64,000 bases of DNA from assembly GCF_000143415.4 (NCBI RefSeq), contig NW_003314280.1:434001-498000 (forward strand), written 5' to 3'. How positions within the stretch are numbered: the first letter of the stretch is position 1; each line of letters begins with the position of its first letter. Both the position numbers and the translations under genes were made by a program. Of this stretch, positions 10,609 through 23,859 are shown piece by piece. Below the pieces are notes generated by a model. The model was not told the DNA's origin, ran no database searches, and saw only the letters and a program-made list of their open reading frames with translations. This DNA is from Selaginella moellendorffii (taxonomy: Eukaryota > Plantae > Lycopodiophyta).

Positions 10609-13600
10609 TGCATATGCATAATTTTTGGAGGATTGGCCTGCTAGACGTCATGCCGAACTTCATAAACTTGTGGTTCAACTTGCCGCAACACCCGATACGC
10701 TCCTTTCCACTGCACAAGGAGCCCCTTAGATAAACCACGTACCGTAAGATGGGGAAAACGAACTAACACCAAATCATCCACTTTGTACTCTGCAGATGGA
10801 CGATGATGGGAGTTGTACCACTGTTGTTGTCCCACTTGTACGCAGCCTAAGTGTTCGGTAGACTCTGCTCAGACAAGTGGAAGAAAGCTCGTCAAATACA
10901 GGTCCCACGACCTAACATCCACAGCTTGTGACAATCGCAAAGGTAAACCTAGCTCCATTGGTAATATTGGATTATGACCATATAGGAGTTTATATGGTGA
11001 ATCACCAATAGAACTCTGCACCCCAATGACATATGCATACCGAAGAGATGGCAAATAACCATCCCAATCCGAATGCTGAAAGTTCACATACTTCACAATC
11101 ATCCCCTTGAATATCTGAACGAGCCGTTCCACCAAACCGTCTGATTGTGGATGATAAGCACTCGTGAAAGTGTGGCATATCCCCAGCTGAGACATCAAAA
11201 CATGAAATGCCTCAGCCATAAATACGGGACCATTATCTAAAAGAATCCACTCTGGACAAGAATGCTGGAACACCACTCAATTGAGGAAGAAGTATCCAAT
11301 AGCAGTTGCAAAGGTGTTAGCAAAAGCACCAACTTCCACCCAATGAGTCAAGTTGTCAAAAGCAATAATAACATACTCATTGCCAGTGGTCGACTGTGGA
11401 AAAGGTCCCATAAGATCAAACGCCACCAACTCAAATAGACGAGAAACTGCAATTGACTCCAATTGATTTTTTGCAGCCCGAGGGGGAGTATTACGAGTTT
11501 GGCACCAAATGCAGCTACGCACATACAGGATAATATCATGTTGCATCTCCGGCCAATAGAAAGACCTGCACAGCTTCTCAATTACACGACGATGTCCTAT
11601 ATGCCCACCTAGAACAGGAGAATCATGGTAAGCATGGAGAAACCGTGAAATAAAGATAGAAGGCACCACTAGCCATAAATGATCATCAGGATTCGTCCCC
11701 ACAAAATAAATAAGGCCGTATTCGAGGTGATATTGAGAATGCAAATGCCGGAAAGGCAAGTCATCAGCAAGTGATGCAGGATTCTCAAACCCATCTTGAA
11801 GCCTTCGAATCCACTGCTCAATCTTTTGAGCCTCATGAACCTCATCAAGAGAAGGTAGATCTTGCTCTGCACCTTATGGACACTGAACGTCAAGTATAGC
11901 AACCACCGATGGCATAGAATCTTCGTCTAGAAAATCCATAGAGGCTGGAACAACAGGCTCGTCAGAAACATGAGAAGAGAATGGAGAAGGAAGAAGAGCT
12001 CGAGAAAGAGCATCAGCATTAGCCAAAGAACTCCTTGGGTGATGAACAACACCAAAATCATATATTTGAAGCTTTAAAACCCATTGAGCAGTACGACCAA
12101 CCAGGTTCTTCCACTTCAATAAAGAAGTAACAATAGCATGATCACCTTCAAGTAACGTCTGAGAACCATCCGCTGGTTGTAATGTATGGCTTATATACGC
12201 AATGGGATGGCATTGACCAAGCATACTTGAGCTCTCTTGCATTAACACACCTCCAAGACCAATGTCAGAAGCATTCACGCGCAAAATAAAAGGTCGAGTG
12301 TAGTCAGGATATGTTAAAACCGGAAGAGTCATCAATAGCTCTTTGAGATCCTCGAACACCCGCTCACAATCTGGAGACCAGATGAAAGATGGTGTTGATG
12401 ACTTTAGCAACGCTTGCAACAATGCAGTGCGATCAGAAAAATGATCCATAAAACGATCGAGATATTGCACTTTGCCCAAGAAGCGCTGCACATCATTCAT
12501 ATACTTCGGAGTAGGGAACTTTAGAATAGCCACAAGTTTATCAGGATCAACTTGTAAACCCTTACGAGAAATATGGTACCTAAGATAAGTTGTATCCTTG
12601 GACCCAAACATGCACTTCATCCGCTTTAGCTTTAAACCAATGTCGCGTAGCCAATCCAACACTTTACAAACATCACGAACATGGTCCTCCCACGTCCCCT
12701 CCGAGTGGATCAAGACATCATCAATGAAGTCAGCAATCACCTACGGCATATCGCAAAGAACCTCATCCATCATCCATTGGAAAGTTGCTAGAGCATTGTT
12801 CAAACCAAACGGCATCACCAAAGCAGTCTTAGGAATATTTGCTTCGGCCATCGGTACTTGCCAGTACCCAGAAGCAAGATCTAGCTTGGTGAACCAACGA
12901 CTTCGCCCCAAATGATCCAAGAAATTAGCAGTGTGAGGAAGAGGGTACACATTTGGGATCATCACTTCGTTTAACGGACGATAGTCGATGCATAAATGAA
13001 TACTCTCATCAGGCTTTGTCACAAGATGAGGTTCAGATGCCCAAGGGCTCTACGACTTCTGAATAACACCCTTCTTCAACATCTCCTGGATATTTGCACA
13101 TAAAATCTTGATCTCCTTGGGTGATTGACGACGAATGGGAACCTTGATTGGACGAACATCCCCGGTTGGAATTCGATGACGTGTGGCAATCTTAACCCTA
13201 GACGATAGGTCAAATTCAAAGAGATCAGAATACTCTTTCATGAGCTGGTCCACCACTACAACACAAAGATCGCCAGAGGGATCAGAAAAGGGAAGAGTAG
13301 AACAAGATGGAAACATAGGAGGAAATAGTGGGGAAACAAAAGTAATGGAAGCAAAGGTAGAAGGAAAGGGATAAAGAGGTACAGAAGTGAGAGGAATGGA
13401 TGAAACATAAGGAAGTATGAGATAAGGGGGACAAGCCTCAAAATCACACTTAGCATGATTGTGCTACAACCAATCCATACCAAGAATGAGGTCAAAAGCT
13501 TGACTCGGCACCACCCGCAATGACTGCAACTCAAGCTCCAGATCGCCCACATGCACAACTAGGTTCACCTCATCCCGTGCACATGCATGTGTACAACAGT

Positions 13601-15547
13601 TGCCATAAAGAATGAAAACTAGTTCTGCCACACGACACAAGTGTAAATGGCAACATATGGCAATAGGTCGAGCAATAGAAGATAAACTCAAATCTGTATC
13701 AACTAACACGGAGAGAATAATAGAAGACCTCTTGTTATAAAAACGAGCTTGGAAAGTAAACACTGGATGAACTGGTGCCGAATGAACCCCTTGATGATAC
13801 TCCCGAAAGAAAGATGGAGGGGTCACTGACTTATTCGCGCAAGGTCCTCTGTTACTTGCGCGACTCCTCGTTTCCCAGATGTATCTCAGTGTCCAAACTG
13901 TCCACTACAGCAGCACTAACAGGACGTTGCTGACGCCAAGGTCTTCACCCAGGAAATGGAGGTCGCCAATCTGGAAAATGTCGACAATGCCGATAAGTAT
14001 GACCAACTTCATCACACGCCCAACAGCAAACATCATGGCCACGACCATGTCCTCGCCTTTGTTCTTGGACTCGAGCAACAGTAGCATCAACCTCCATTGG
14101 AACAGGACCATCACCTATAGGAAGTGGAGTTGAAGGACATGTAGTGAGAAGTGGAAGAGGTGACGTCTCATAACATTGTGCCAAGCGAAGAGCATCGTCA
14201 AGGGTGGCGGGAGCAAGTGCATGCACAAGTTCGACAAGATCTTGACAAAGTGCTAGCCACAACATTCCTAGCTTGATCCGCTCCAACATATTTGGCTCCA
14301 CATGAAGCAAAAGACTTTGGAAATGAACGCCAAATTGCATCACTGTTTCAGATGGCCCTTGGCGAAGATGATGCAATTGTTGGAAAGCATCATCATAGTC
14401 ATCGGCATCTCCGAAGGCGCATTTGAAGACGTCCGGGAGAACACTCCAATCCCTATGAGTGGTTGCGCTTAAACCATTGTACCACTGCAATGCCGTCCCT
14501 TGGAGACATGTGAAACTCATGTAAATGTCAAGCATCATCCCAAGAATAATATTGTAAGCGACTAATTTTTCCATTCTACTTTAGTCACCTAACCACACCT
14601 CCGACCACTTGGAGGAGTCTCATTCACAACCTCCATAAGTCCCATTCAGGACTTGGGGCTTGCTAGCCCCAAGAATGGCATCCATGCCACTCAACCTTTG
14701 CACTTGGTCTAAGTGCTCCACGTGTCCAATCCCATGACCGACACCCCAAGGTACCACCGATATATGAGCCTGTTACGCTAGGCCACGCCCATTCACCTTG
14801 GTCACATTGGTGGTCTAACACCACCTGCATTGCAATCTCGTCTCTCCAAGACTGGGCCATCCGTCCATGAGTGATCATCCCAGATCCACTCCTTAGCATC
14901 CTTAGGATGCCCCCAAACATGGGGAATAGCCTTCCCCAATATCCCTCTGTCAGTCCCCACTAAGTCCCTTTCTGCCCACGGCTGTATTCACCAACACTAC
15001 CACTGAATTGAGGCCCACCGGCCCAACCACTAAGTCCCACGGTCCTCTGGGACTTCCTCACCACACGACTGTGTCCTTGGTCACTACCCTAGAGGACTGC
15101 TCCTCTTCCTTTCCACAGTCTGGGCCTTTGGGACAACATTTCGGAACACCGTGGCCTTACGCGAGCCACCTGGATACTCTCCCCGCCTTTCACCTTTAGG
15201 TGCTCTAGCCATGGGCTTAGAGCGAGGTTCCGTTGAGCCATGCCTAGTATCCAAGTAGGTAGTGCCACCCACACTTGGACTGGGAGCATCGGCCAGTCGA
15301 TCTCCCGGGGGAACTAGAGCCGACTCTTGAACACTTCACCAAGCTACCTCGCTTGTCGGTCCATGTTCACTCTAGTCTTGGACTTCCCAGTGGTTAGCTC
15401 ATCACCCAACACTGGGTCTGGCCTTCCTGGGCCAAACTGGCCTTTCCTGGCCAAACTGGCTCCACTGCAGTCCTCCCCCTTACTATACTTTTGGAGCTCA
15501 CCAAACCCCCCAGGATCTGGGAGACGAACGCTTTGGGCTTTCACCCT

Positions 15548-16040
15548 CTCAGACTCGAACTCGGACTTGGACTCAGACTCAAACTTGGACTCGGACTCGG
15601 ACTCGGACTCGGACTCGGACTCGGACTCGGACTCGGACTCGGACTCGGACTCGGGCTTGGTCTCAGCCTTGGCCTCGGTCTCGGTCTCGGTCCCGGTCCC
15701 GGTCTCGGTCCCGGTCCCGGTCTCGGTCTTGGTCCCGGTCTCGGTCTCGGTCTCGGTCTCGGTCCCGGTCTCGGTCTCGACCTCGGACTCCATCTCGGGT
15801 CCTTCTCGGACTCCATCTCGGACTCCATCTCGGACTCCGTCTCGGTCCATCTCAGACTCCATCTCGGACTCCGTCTCGGTCCATCTCAGACTCCATCTCA
15901 GGTCCATCTCGGACTCCGTCTCGGTCCACCTCAGACTCCATCTCGGACTCCATCTCGGGTCCATCTCGGACTCCATCTCGGGTCCATCTCGGACTCTGTC
16001 TCGGTCCACCTCGGACTCCATCTCGGACTCCATCTCGAGT
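15548..16040. repeat. Degenerate hexamer tandem array (TCGGAC/TCGGTC/TCCATC) inside the B 3' LTR
   Basis: Visible directly; a shorter counterpart lies at ~21295-21710. Confidence 0.95.
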
Positions 16041-19000
16041 CCCTTTTTGGAGCCTCGTTTATTGCTCGCTTCATGCTTGTTCCTCGAGCACTTTGTTGGG
16101 AGTTCCCCTCCCGCTCTCAACCTTCCAAGTCGGAGCTTTTAGTCCAAACGTGTTACGCTCATTTGGCTTTCGCTTCGGCCACTACCACATGGCACCCTTC
16201 CGGCTCCACTTTGGGGCCTAGGGATTTTGTGTCTCACAACTCCACCACCCATAGACGAAGTTCGATGTCCTCATCAAACGATAAACCCTTTTATAAAGTA
16301 ACACCCGCAAGTATTACCATTCCCATCCTTGGCACCCGGCCAATACTTGTCTATGGTTTGACCCCGAAGGCTCACCATGCCTTGTCCATCCTCTAAGGAG
16401 GATAGTCTCTCCAACTTAGAAACTGATTGGACCACTTGGGGTGGTTCTTTCCGTTTATTGGTTTAGTTCTCGCTAAACCTGTTAGAGGCACCCTCTCTAA
16501 CTCAATTCCACTACTCATTCTTGAGTAGTCACAGATTCCATTGATCTACCTTTGCACTTTGGAACGTTTACTTTTGACTTCTTGAAGTCAATTTCCTAGG
16601 TGTCTCCGACACCTTGCCTTGCACATTTTGTGCAACTCCACTTCCCCTCCTAGGAAGTTCTCTACTCGAGGGCACCCTCATCCTCTTTTCTATTTTTTGT
16701 GCCACCATTGGTATTACGTTCCATTTATCATTATTTGTGCTAGGGCTGTCCACGGCCCTATCTTTTGGCTACTTAGTTGCTCCCTCACTTGGAGCCTTTC
16801 CTTTGCCAAATTGGAGCACTTGGGAATCCATCCTTGGAAGTCCACTTCTTTTTCCGCAATTTGTTAGCATCAACCACATTAGTGTTCTTTGGCTAACTTT
16901 GCCACTTGGATTCTTTCCAATGGATTCCACAGCCCTATCTTGGGCACTCGTCTTTTGCTCCTATCCTTGATTGTTGCACCTAACAACATCGGATCATTAC
17001 CTCTATTCTCGAGGTATCCTCTTGATTCCATAGCAAAGACTTTACTTTGCCAAGTCTAAAGGGTGCTCACCCCTAGTATGTCTCTTTAGCATTTCCTGCT
17101 GTGGGCTCTATCCACGGCCCAACTTTTGAGACCCTCCCTTGGATCTTTTATAGAGACTACTTTCCTCGGACTTACTATGCCATAGCCGTGACATAGCTCA
17201 TTTCCCATAGGTGCTCTTCCCACTTGGTCACCTTGACCAAGCCACACCATTATCAGTAGTTCAAATCAACACTTTGAACTAGGAATCATATCCCTGAACC
17301 CAAACAAAGACCTTGTCCTTGTTTGGCCACAAGATCACCTAGTGATCTCATCTTGACCCCTTAATAGGTCTACCAATAGGGACTAGGTCTTCCAGACCCT
17401 TCTAAGTTGTTGACTATGACCCCGGGGGCATCCCCCACACTTGGCGGTGCGCCCAAGTCAGCCCTTCCGGCCAAGGATCCATAGCAACTGAGACTGGGTG
17501 TCCCCATCTCATTCACCACATCCTTGGTGCCTTTTGCACCAAAGTGTTCAAGTTAGATATGCCGAGCTTTCACTCTAAGCAATCTAACCGTGCATCACGA
17601 CTCCGAGGCATCCCTCGCTTGGCGGTGTGCCCAAACCAGTCTCCTCACTGAGAGTCCATGACCACCAAAATATGAGTGTCCTCATATTCCAAACCATCAC
17701 CATGCCCTAGTGATTTGGGACTCGAACCCAAGCACTAGAGGGTCGGGACTCGAACCCAACCTCCATATATGCATCTACGGACGGCATCACCCAGGATGCC
17801 TGACGTGACTCCCCACGCCGGTGCACCAACTTATACTCAAAGCGCGCTATAGATCACAGCTTAGGAACCTAGTTCCTCCACATTGCCAAGTCCTCTCACT
17901 TGACAAGTCTGTGATCATGCATGGACTCCTCCATGCTTGGCCCCATGGCCCACCCTTTTTGAAGTTATCACCTTCAACTAGGGTATTTGTTCCCTTGATT
18001 TGCCAATCTCGCTTTGGCAAGTCCTCTGACCACTGTAACATAGTTCCCGCACAAGCGTGAAAGCCCTTGATCATCGACTTTCGTTCAAAGCCCTCTCTTT
18101 GAACACTCGGGAACTACTTCCCTAACCTTGATAGCCTTGCCTCATGGCAAGCTTCAAGACCACGCTTCTGCTGCGCCACTCTGATTTTGCGCGTGCTTTG
18201 AACCATTTACACTTGGCCTTTCTAGGTACTAAGCTACCTAGAATCATCTTTGGGAACCTTGAAGGAACCCTGTCCCTTAGCTTGCTAAGGCCTCCCTTTT
18301 TGCAAGCTTTCCAATTACCATATAGTCTAACATGGACAATTCCATATTTTAGACTCTCCATGGCATCACGGTTGCTAGCGGCAACACCCTCGAGCCCCCA
18401 CTTGATTCTCCACTCCCAGCTGGCATAACTACTCTTGGTTATGCCCTTTGATTCCTATGGTTTGGTTCTATCCCCTTACTACTTGCTTTTGGCTTCACAC
18501 CTTTCCTTCGGTCATTCTCCTCCCGACTAGGAGGATAGCTTTGCACTTTCTATCATGCCTTAGCAAGTATTCTTAGGGACGAACCTACCCGATAGCCTAG
18601 GGAGTGGTTCCTCAATCTAGGTATGCTCACCCTATAATCCCACACACCGGGATTACGTTGTTGGTTATAGGCCCTTACATACCCATCGCTAGCCTTGCCA
18701 AAATTCCATTTTTGGCTTTGTCCAATTCGAGTAGACAATCTTCTTCTGTCTCCGCCACCTTGGACATTTGGATAGCACCTTCTATCCATCAATCGCTAGG
18801 GACTTAGTCCCTTGGGCCTTATCTATTGCCCTCGCGACATCAAACACCACCTCCTGGTGTTCTAGAGTGTTCGGATGTCCCAATGACGGCTTCCTTGACA
18901 ATGAGTATTTCCTTTCATGATATTGACTTACCATATCGCAACATAAGCAACTTATCCCCTGTAAGGGTATATCCAACTTCTTTATGCCATTAAGAAGGCT

Positions 19001-21294
19001 TGGGTAGCTACCTTCTACCCGTTTAACCAATTATTTTGCACCTCTTACTTAGTTGCCTCATAGTTGTCAAGTCTTATAACTCATTGCTGGTGCTTCCACA
19101 CCTCCATCATTATCTGGGTCACCACACTCCAACTGCATGCTCTGCAACTTAGGCTATGCCATTCCCATTTCCATTGGGATTCCTTTGGCAAGGGGTTCTC
19201 ATGAACCCACCAACATATCCTCAAGGTATCACACCTTGGCACATTTGGTGTCTCCACACCATCGGCTCCACGAGCCTACCTCTATGACACTTCTTCTTTG
19301 TGTTTAAGTCTTTGCTAAGACCAATACTACTCTTTCTTATGCCAACCATCCATTAGCACTGCACCATAGAGGTCACACACAACTTTGTATCAAAGTTGTT
19401 TTCTTTTGGGAACACCTTTCCCACGACTTTAGCATGGCACATTTTGCCATCGATGAGATACCCTCTGTTCTCATCCTTGGATCCTATGATCCCCCCCCAT
19501 CCTTCGTGGGGTACCACTCAGTCCAAATGCTTCCATCAATCCTTTAGGATTATTCCTTGACTCTATTGGAGTCATCCAGCTTTTTGGACTTTGTCATCCG
19601 ACGACCCATAAGGTCCTACCTTTGAGGTGCCAGCTCACTAGAATACAACTTCTTGTATTCAGGTCTTACTCACAAGGACCATCTTTGCAAGTGTTACTCC
19701 GACACTTGATTTGTTCTCTTGGGGCAACCTTTTTCCTCTTAGGACCATTTGTCCATGTGATGAGAATACCAACTCATCCTCTAAGTACATCCCCAACTCC
19801 TTGGGTTGTTCCAGCATTTATCAAGGGTAACCTCAGCTACCATTTCAAGGACTTGTGTCCTCTCCTATATTTGACCTCCCATGATCATCAATTCCGGTCT
19901 CAAAGTTATGAGCACCGGCCTCAACTATATGAGGGTAATCTTGTGACTCCTTTATTATTTTGGAGTCTACATCTTTCCCGTGATCCCAATTATAGTTGTT
20001 TACCACAACTACATTAGCCCGTTTGCTGCGTCAAACGCTCATCTGGATCACATCCTCAGCTCTCTGAGGAAACCTTATACTGTTCCCAAAATCCCAAAGT
20101 CGTTCTATTATTGGCCCTTTTCTATCCACCACATCGTGCCCAAGTTCACGCATGAACTTGAGTGGAGAGCCATGTCCTCTCGACATGCTACTCCTCAAGG
20201 ATAGGCCCCCTCCTAGGACCTTCCAATGCCAACATCAATGGTGATATACTTGAGCACCAATAAAAGTCAGACTAAGGAACAACTCAGATACCAAGTTGTA
20301 AGCGACTAATTTTTCCATTCTACTTTAGTCACCTAACCACACCTCCGACCACTTGGAGGAGTCTCATTCACAACCTCCATAAGTCCCATTCAGGACTTGG
20401 GGCTTGCTAGCCCCAAGAATGGCATCCATGCCACTCAACCTTTGCACTTGGTCCAAGTGCTCCACGTGTCCGATCCCATGACCGACACCCCAAGGTACCA
20501 CCGATATATGAGCCTGTTACGTTAGGCCACGCCCATTCACCTTGGTCACATCGGTGGTTTAACACCACCTGCATTGCAATCTCGTCTCTCCAAGGCTGGG
20601 CCATCCGTCCATGAGTGATCATCCCAGATCCACTCCTTAGCATCCTTAGGATGCCCCCAGACATGGGGAATAGCCTTCCCCAATATCCCTCTGTCAGTCC
20701 CCACTAAGTCCCTTTCTGCCCACGGCCGTGTTCACCAACACTACCACTGAATTGAGGCCCACCGGCCCGACCACTAAGTCCCACGGTCCTCTGGGACTTC
20801 CTCACCACACGACTGTGTCCTTGGTCACTACCCCAGAGGACTGCTCCTCTTCCTTTCCACAGTCTGGGCCTTTGGGACAACATTTCGGAACACCGTGGCC
20901 TTACGCGAGCCACCTGGATACTCTCCCCGCCTTTCGCCTTTAGGTGCTCTAGCCATGGGCTTAGAGCAAGGTTCCGTTGAGCCATGCCTGGTATCCAAGT
21001 AGGTAGTGCCACCCACACTTGGACTGGGAGCATCGGCCAGTCGATCTCCCGGGCGAACTAGAGCCGGCTCTTGAACACTTCACCAAACTACCCCACTTGT
21101 CGGTCCATGTTCACTCTAGTCTTGGACTTCCCAGTGGTCAGCTCATCACCCAACACTGGGTCTGGCCTTCCTGGGCCAAACTGGCTTTTCCTGGCCAAAC
21201 TGGCTCCACTGCAGTCTTCCCCCTTACTATACTTTTGGAGCTCACCAAACCCCCCAGGGTCTAGGAGACGAACGCTTTGGGCTTTCACCCTCTC

Positions 21295-21710
21295 AAACTC
21301 GAACTCGGACTCGGACTCGGACTCAGACTCGGACTCAGACTCGGACTCGGACTCGGGCTCGGTCTTAGCCTTGGCCTCGGTCGCGGTCTCGGTCCCGGTC
21401 CCGGTCCCGGTCTCGGTCTCGGTCCCGGTCTCGGTTTCAACCTCGGACTCCATCTCGGGTCCTTCTCGGACTCCATCTCGGACTCCATCTCGGACTCCGT
21501 CTCGGTCCATCTCGGACTCCATCTCGGAATCCGTCTCGGTCCATCTCAGACTCCATCTCGGGTCCATCTCGGACTCCGTCTCGGTCCACCTCGGACTCCA
21601 TCTCGGACTCCATCTCGGGTCCATCTCGGACTCCATCTCGGGTCCATCTCGGACTCCGTCTCGGTCCACATCGGACTCCATCTCGGACTCCATCTCGGAC
21701 TCCATCTCGG
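21295..21710. repeat. Hexamer tandem array inside the B 5' LTR
   Basis: Same units as 15548-16040 with a different copy number. Confidence 0.95.
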
Positions 21711-22887
21711 GTCCCTTTTTGGAGCCTCGCTTATTGCTCGCTTCATGCTTGTTCCTCAAGCACTTTGTTGGGAGTTCCCCTCCCGCTCTCAACCTTCCAA
21801 GTTGGAGCTTTTAGTCTAAACGTGTTACGCTCGTTTGGCTTTCGCTTCAGCCACTACCACATGGCACCCTTCCGGCTCCACTTTGGGGCCTAGGGATTTT
21901 GTGTCTCACAAATATGTGGCAATCACCGTGAAGTGATCGAACCGATGGTACATATCATCCCCAGGATTCCCGCGAAAAAACTCCGGCCAAACGCAAGGAT
22001 TAGCACCAAGAGCAAGAGGAGCTATACCATGTGTTGTGAGTGCCACCATCAACTGAGTTTGGTTGTTCAATTGCAAGCACATAACATCAAGCAATTGTAC
22101 CAATTGCTGCTCCAAAGTCAAAAGAGGAGATTGCTAATCTGCCATGAAGACAAATGAAAAAGAAAGAGCAAAAGAAGAGAAATGACAAAAAAGTTAAAAG
22201 GAAATGATAGATCTAGATAATGCAAAAAGTTAAATCTAAACCAAAATCTTGAAAGGAAAGAACAAAAGAAAGGAAATGGAAAAAACTAGATTTAGACAAT
22301 GTAAAAGTTAGATCTAAACCAAAATCCTAAATCCAAACACTCCTTAGGGACAATCAAAAGTGCCCTTCATCTCCACAAATGTGACTACTTAGAATATGGA
22401 AAAGGAATATAGAAATGTACATATCAATTAGCGCAAAAACCCTAACTTATATACAAGAGCGAGTGGTCCAGATTGAAATCAATCCGACGGCTATTAAAAT
22501 CCCATTACGCTAATATTAATATACAGCATTGTAGTTGTACACTTGGCCCTCATAACTCAAAATTTATAAAAACTTTTTTTTATCTCAAGGTTGGACATAT
22601 TCTGATCTAAAACAAATCACTGATACATATACTTGATTGCTCATAAAACAACTCATCACTTCACTATTACCAAGGTGATTTAGTGTTGGTAATGTTTAAT
22701 GATGGTCATTGTCCAATAGAAGCTCAAATTTGGTCTATAATGTAATTACTAAATATTTTAGATAAAGGAAAAAAATGTTTCCCAGTTATGCTTGCTTTTA
22801 ACTTCTTGTTTTCCAACTAGTAATTTATGTTATGTTTTAGCTAATAGGGCATTTCAGATCATACATTAAAGAACAGGTCTAAACTAA

Positions 22888-23796
22888 TCACTTCTTACAA
22901 TTCTTGTCGCAATTCAGTGAGTTGTTTTTGTTCTTGAGAACCTCGTCTAGAGGTGGTCTGCCTGGATTAAACCAAATCAAAGACAATAAATTTGAAAAAG
23001 CTTTACAATACCTGTAATTGGAAGCCTGTACTTTGCCCACACATTGTACAATGCATTTGCAATGGTTGAGAACTTGCAAAAAAATTTCAGTCGTAGTACG
23101 TAACAAGGTTAAAAAGATAGAAACCACTGAACTTACAGGTTCGTAGTTCGTGATTGCATAAACCCATCCAAGTCCCACAGCCTCATATAATTTCTTAAAA
23201 GCCTGCAAAAGAGATTCAAAACGAAGAATTTTTTTTTTAAACGCAATACCTCGACGTTAGTGAACACCTTGCCGTCATTGGAAATCACATGAACTCTCCC
23301 CATTGCCTGTGAAAATAGATAGATAACTATCACCAAGATAGAGATCTCGTGATCTCAAAGAAGGAAAATGAAAATCATGAAGAGAAGTTACAGCTTCGTA
23401 GTCGATTCCAGCATTTTGATGTGGGGAGTACTCGTCAGCACTGATATCCACAAATTTGATGGATTGGTATTGTGTGTTTCTCTTGCGCAGCATGTCCACC
23501 TACGGTGATCATATGCAAAGAATCAAAACGATGCCAGCCAAAAGAACGATAAAAACCTCTCGGAGACAAAGAGGACACTCCCCATCATACAACATTTTAA
23601 GCTCCCATTGATCACTGGTAGTATGGGGGTTGCCAGAATAAGAAGAGAGGGCTGGGAAAGAAATCGTGGATTAGAATGTCATGTAGCGATGAATCATACC
23701 AAAGAATTTCTTCCTGGAAGAATTTGGACCAATTCCTCTCCATTCGCTCGCTCGACGCAGTGGCCTCGCTCCCAAAGTCGAGACTTGCCTCAACAT
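22888..23796 (-). CDS. DCC-family thiol-disulfide oxidoreductase (DUF393), multi-exon, with an organellar presequence-like N-terminus
   Basis: Spliced reading: MLRQVSTLGARPLRRASEW...DQWELKMLYDGECPLCLRE/VDMLRKRN...FVDISADEYSP...AMGRVHVI...FKKLYEAVGLGWVYAIT...GRPPLDEVL. Contains the DxxCxxC motif. Confidence 0.85.
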
Positions 23797-23859
23797 TAGT
23801 ATCTCCCAAGAGCCCTAAAATTCTTATTTTGTAAGCATCCACGAGGATGCTTGGAGAGG

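Larger units (their letters stand above)
14553..21910 (-). mobile_element. Non-autonomous LTR element B (LARD-like) inserted in the family-A gag
   Basis: LTRs at 14553-16238 and 20297-21910 (TG..CA); perfect TSD AATAT; Met-tRNA PBS tggtatctgag next to 20296; PPT gggtggtggagt next to 16239. The ~4-kb interior has no recognisable gag/pol ORF. Confidence 0.92.
9707..22554 (-). mobile_element. Degenerate Ty3/gypsy LTR retrotransposon, family A copy 1 (no chromodomain seen), host of nested insertions
   Basis: ~174-bp LTRs at 9707-9880 and 22380-22554. PPT next to 9881; PBS-like ttgtggagatgaaggg next to 22379. Minus-strand gag (21911-22121 plus 13945-14552), protease (~13464-13826), RT (12741-13022, FIDD), RNase H and integrase (10641-11759, HPQSDG), all with stops and frameshifts. 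Confidence 0.92.

Noticed and set aside
10629-10648. 17/20 match between the miRNA candidate's 3' arm complement and the family-A integrase end
   Set aside because: Found post hoc. As a target of the 5' arm it needs 3 mismatches plus 4 G:U pairs, and it is not conserved in copy A2.
15548-16040. CRISPR-like array
   Set aside because: Contiguous hexamers without spacers, in eukaryotic LTR context.
15327-16396. Long ORFs rich in SD/ES/LG/PR repeats (also 21071-21819, 58894-59209, 62077-62416)
   Set aside because: They are by-products of stop-free hexamer arrays in LTRs, open in several frames on both strands.
17717-17830. tRNA gene or SINE
   Set aside because: T-arm/B-box motifs are present, but there is no D-arm/A-box, cloverleaf, tail or TSD.
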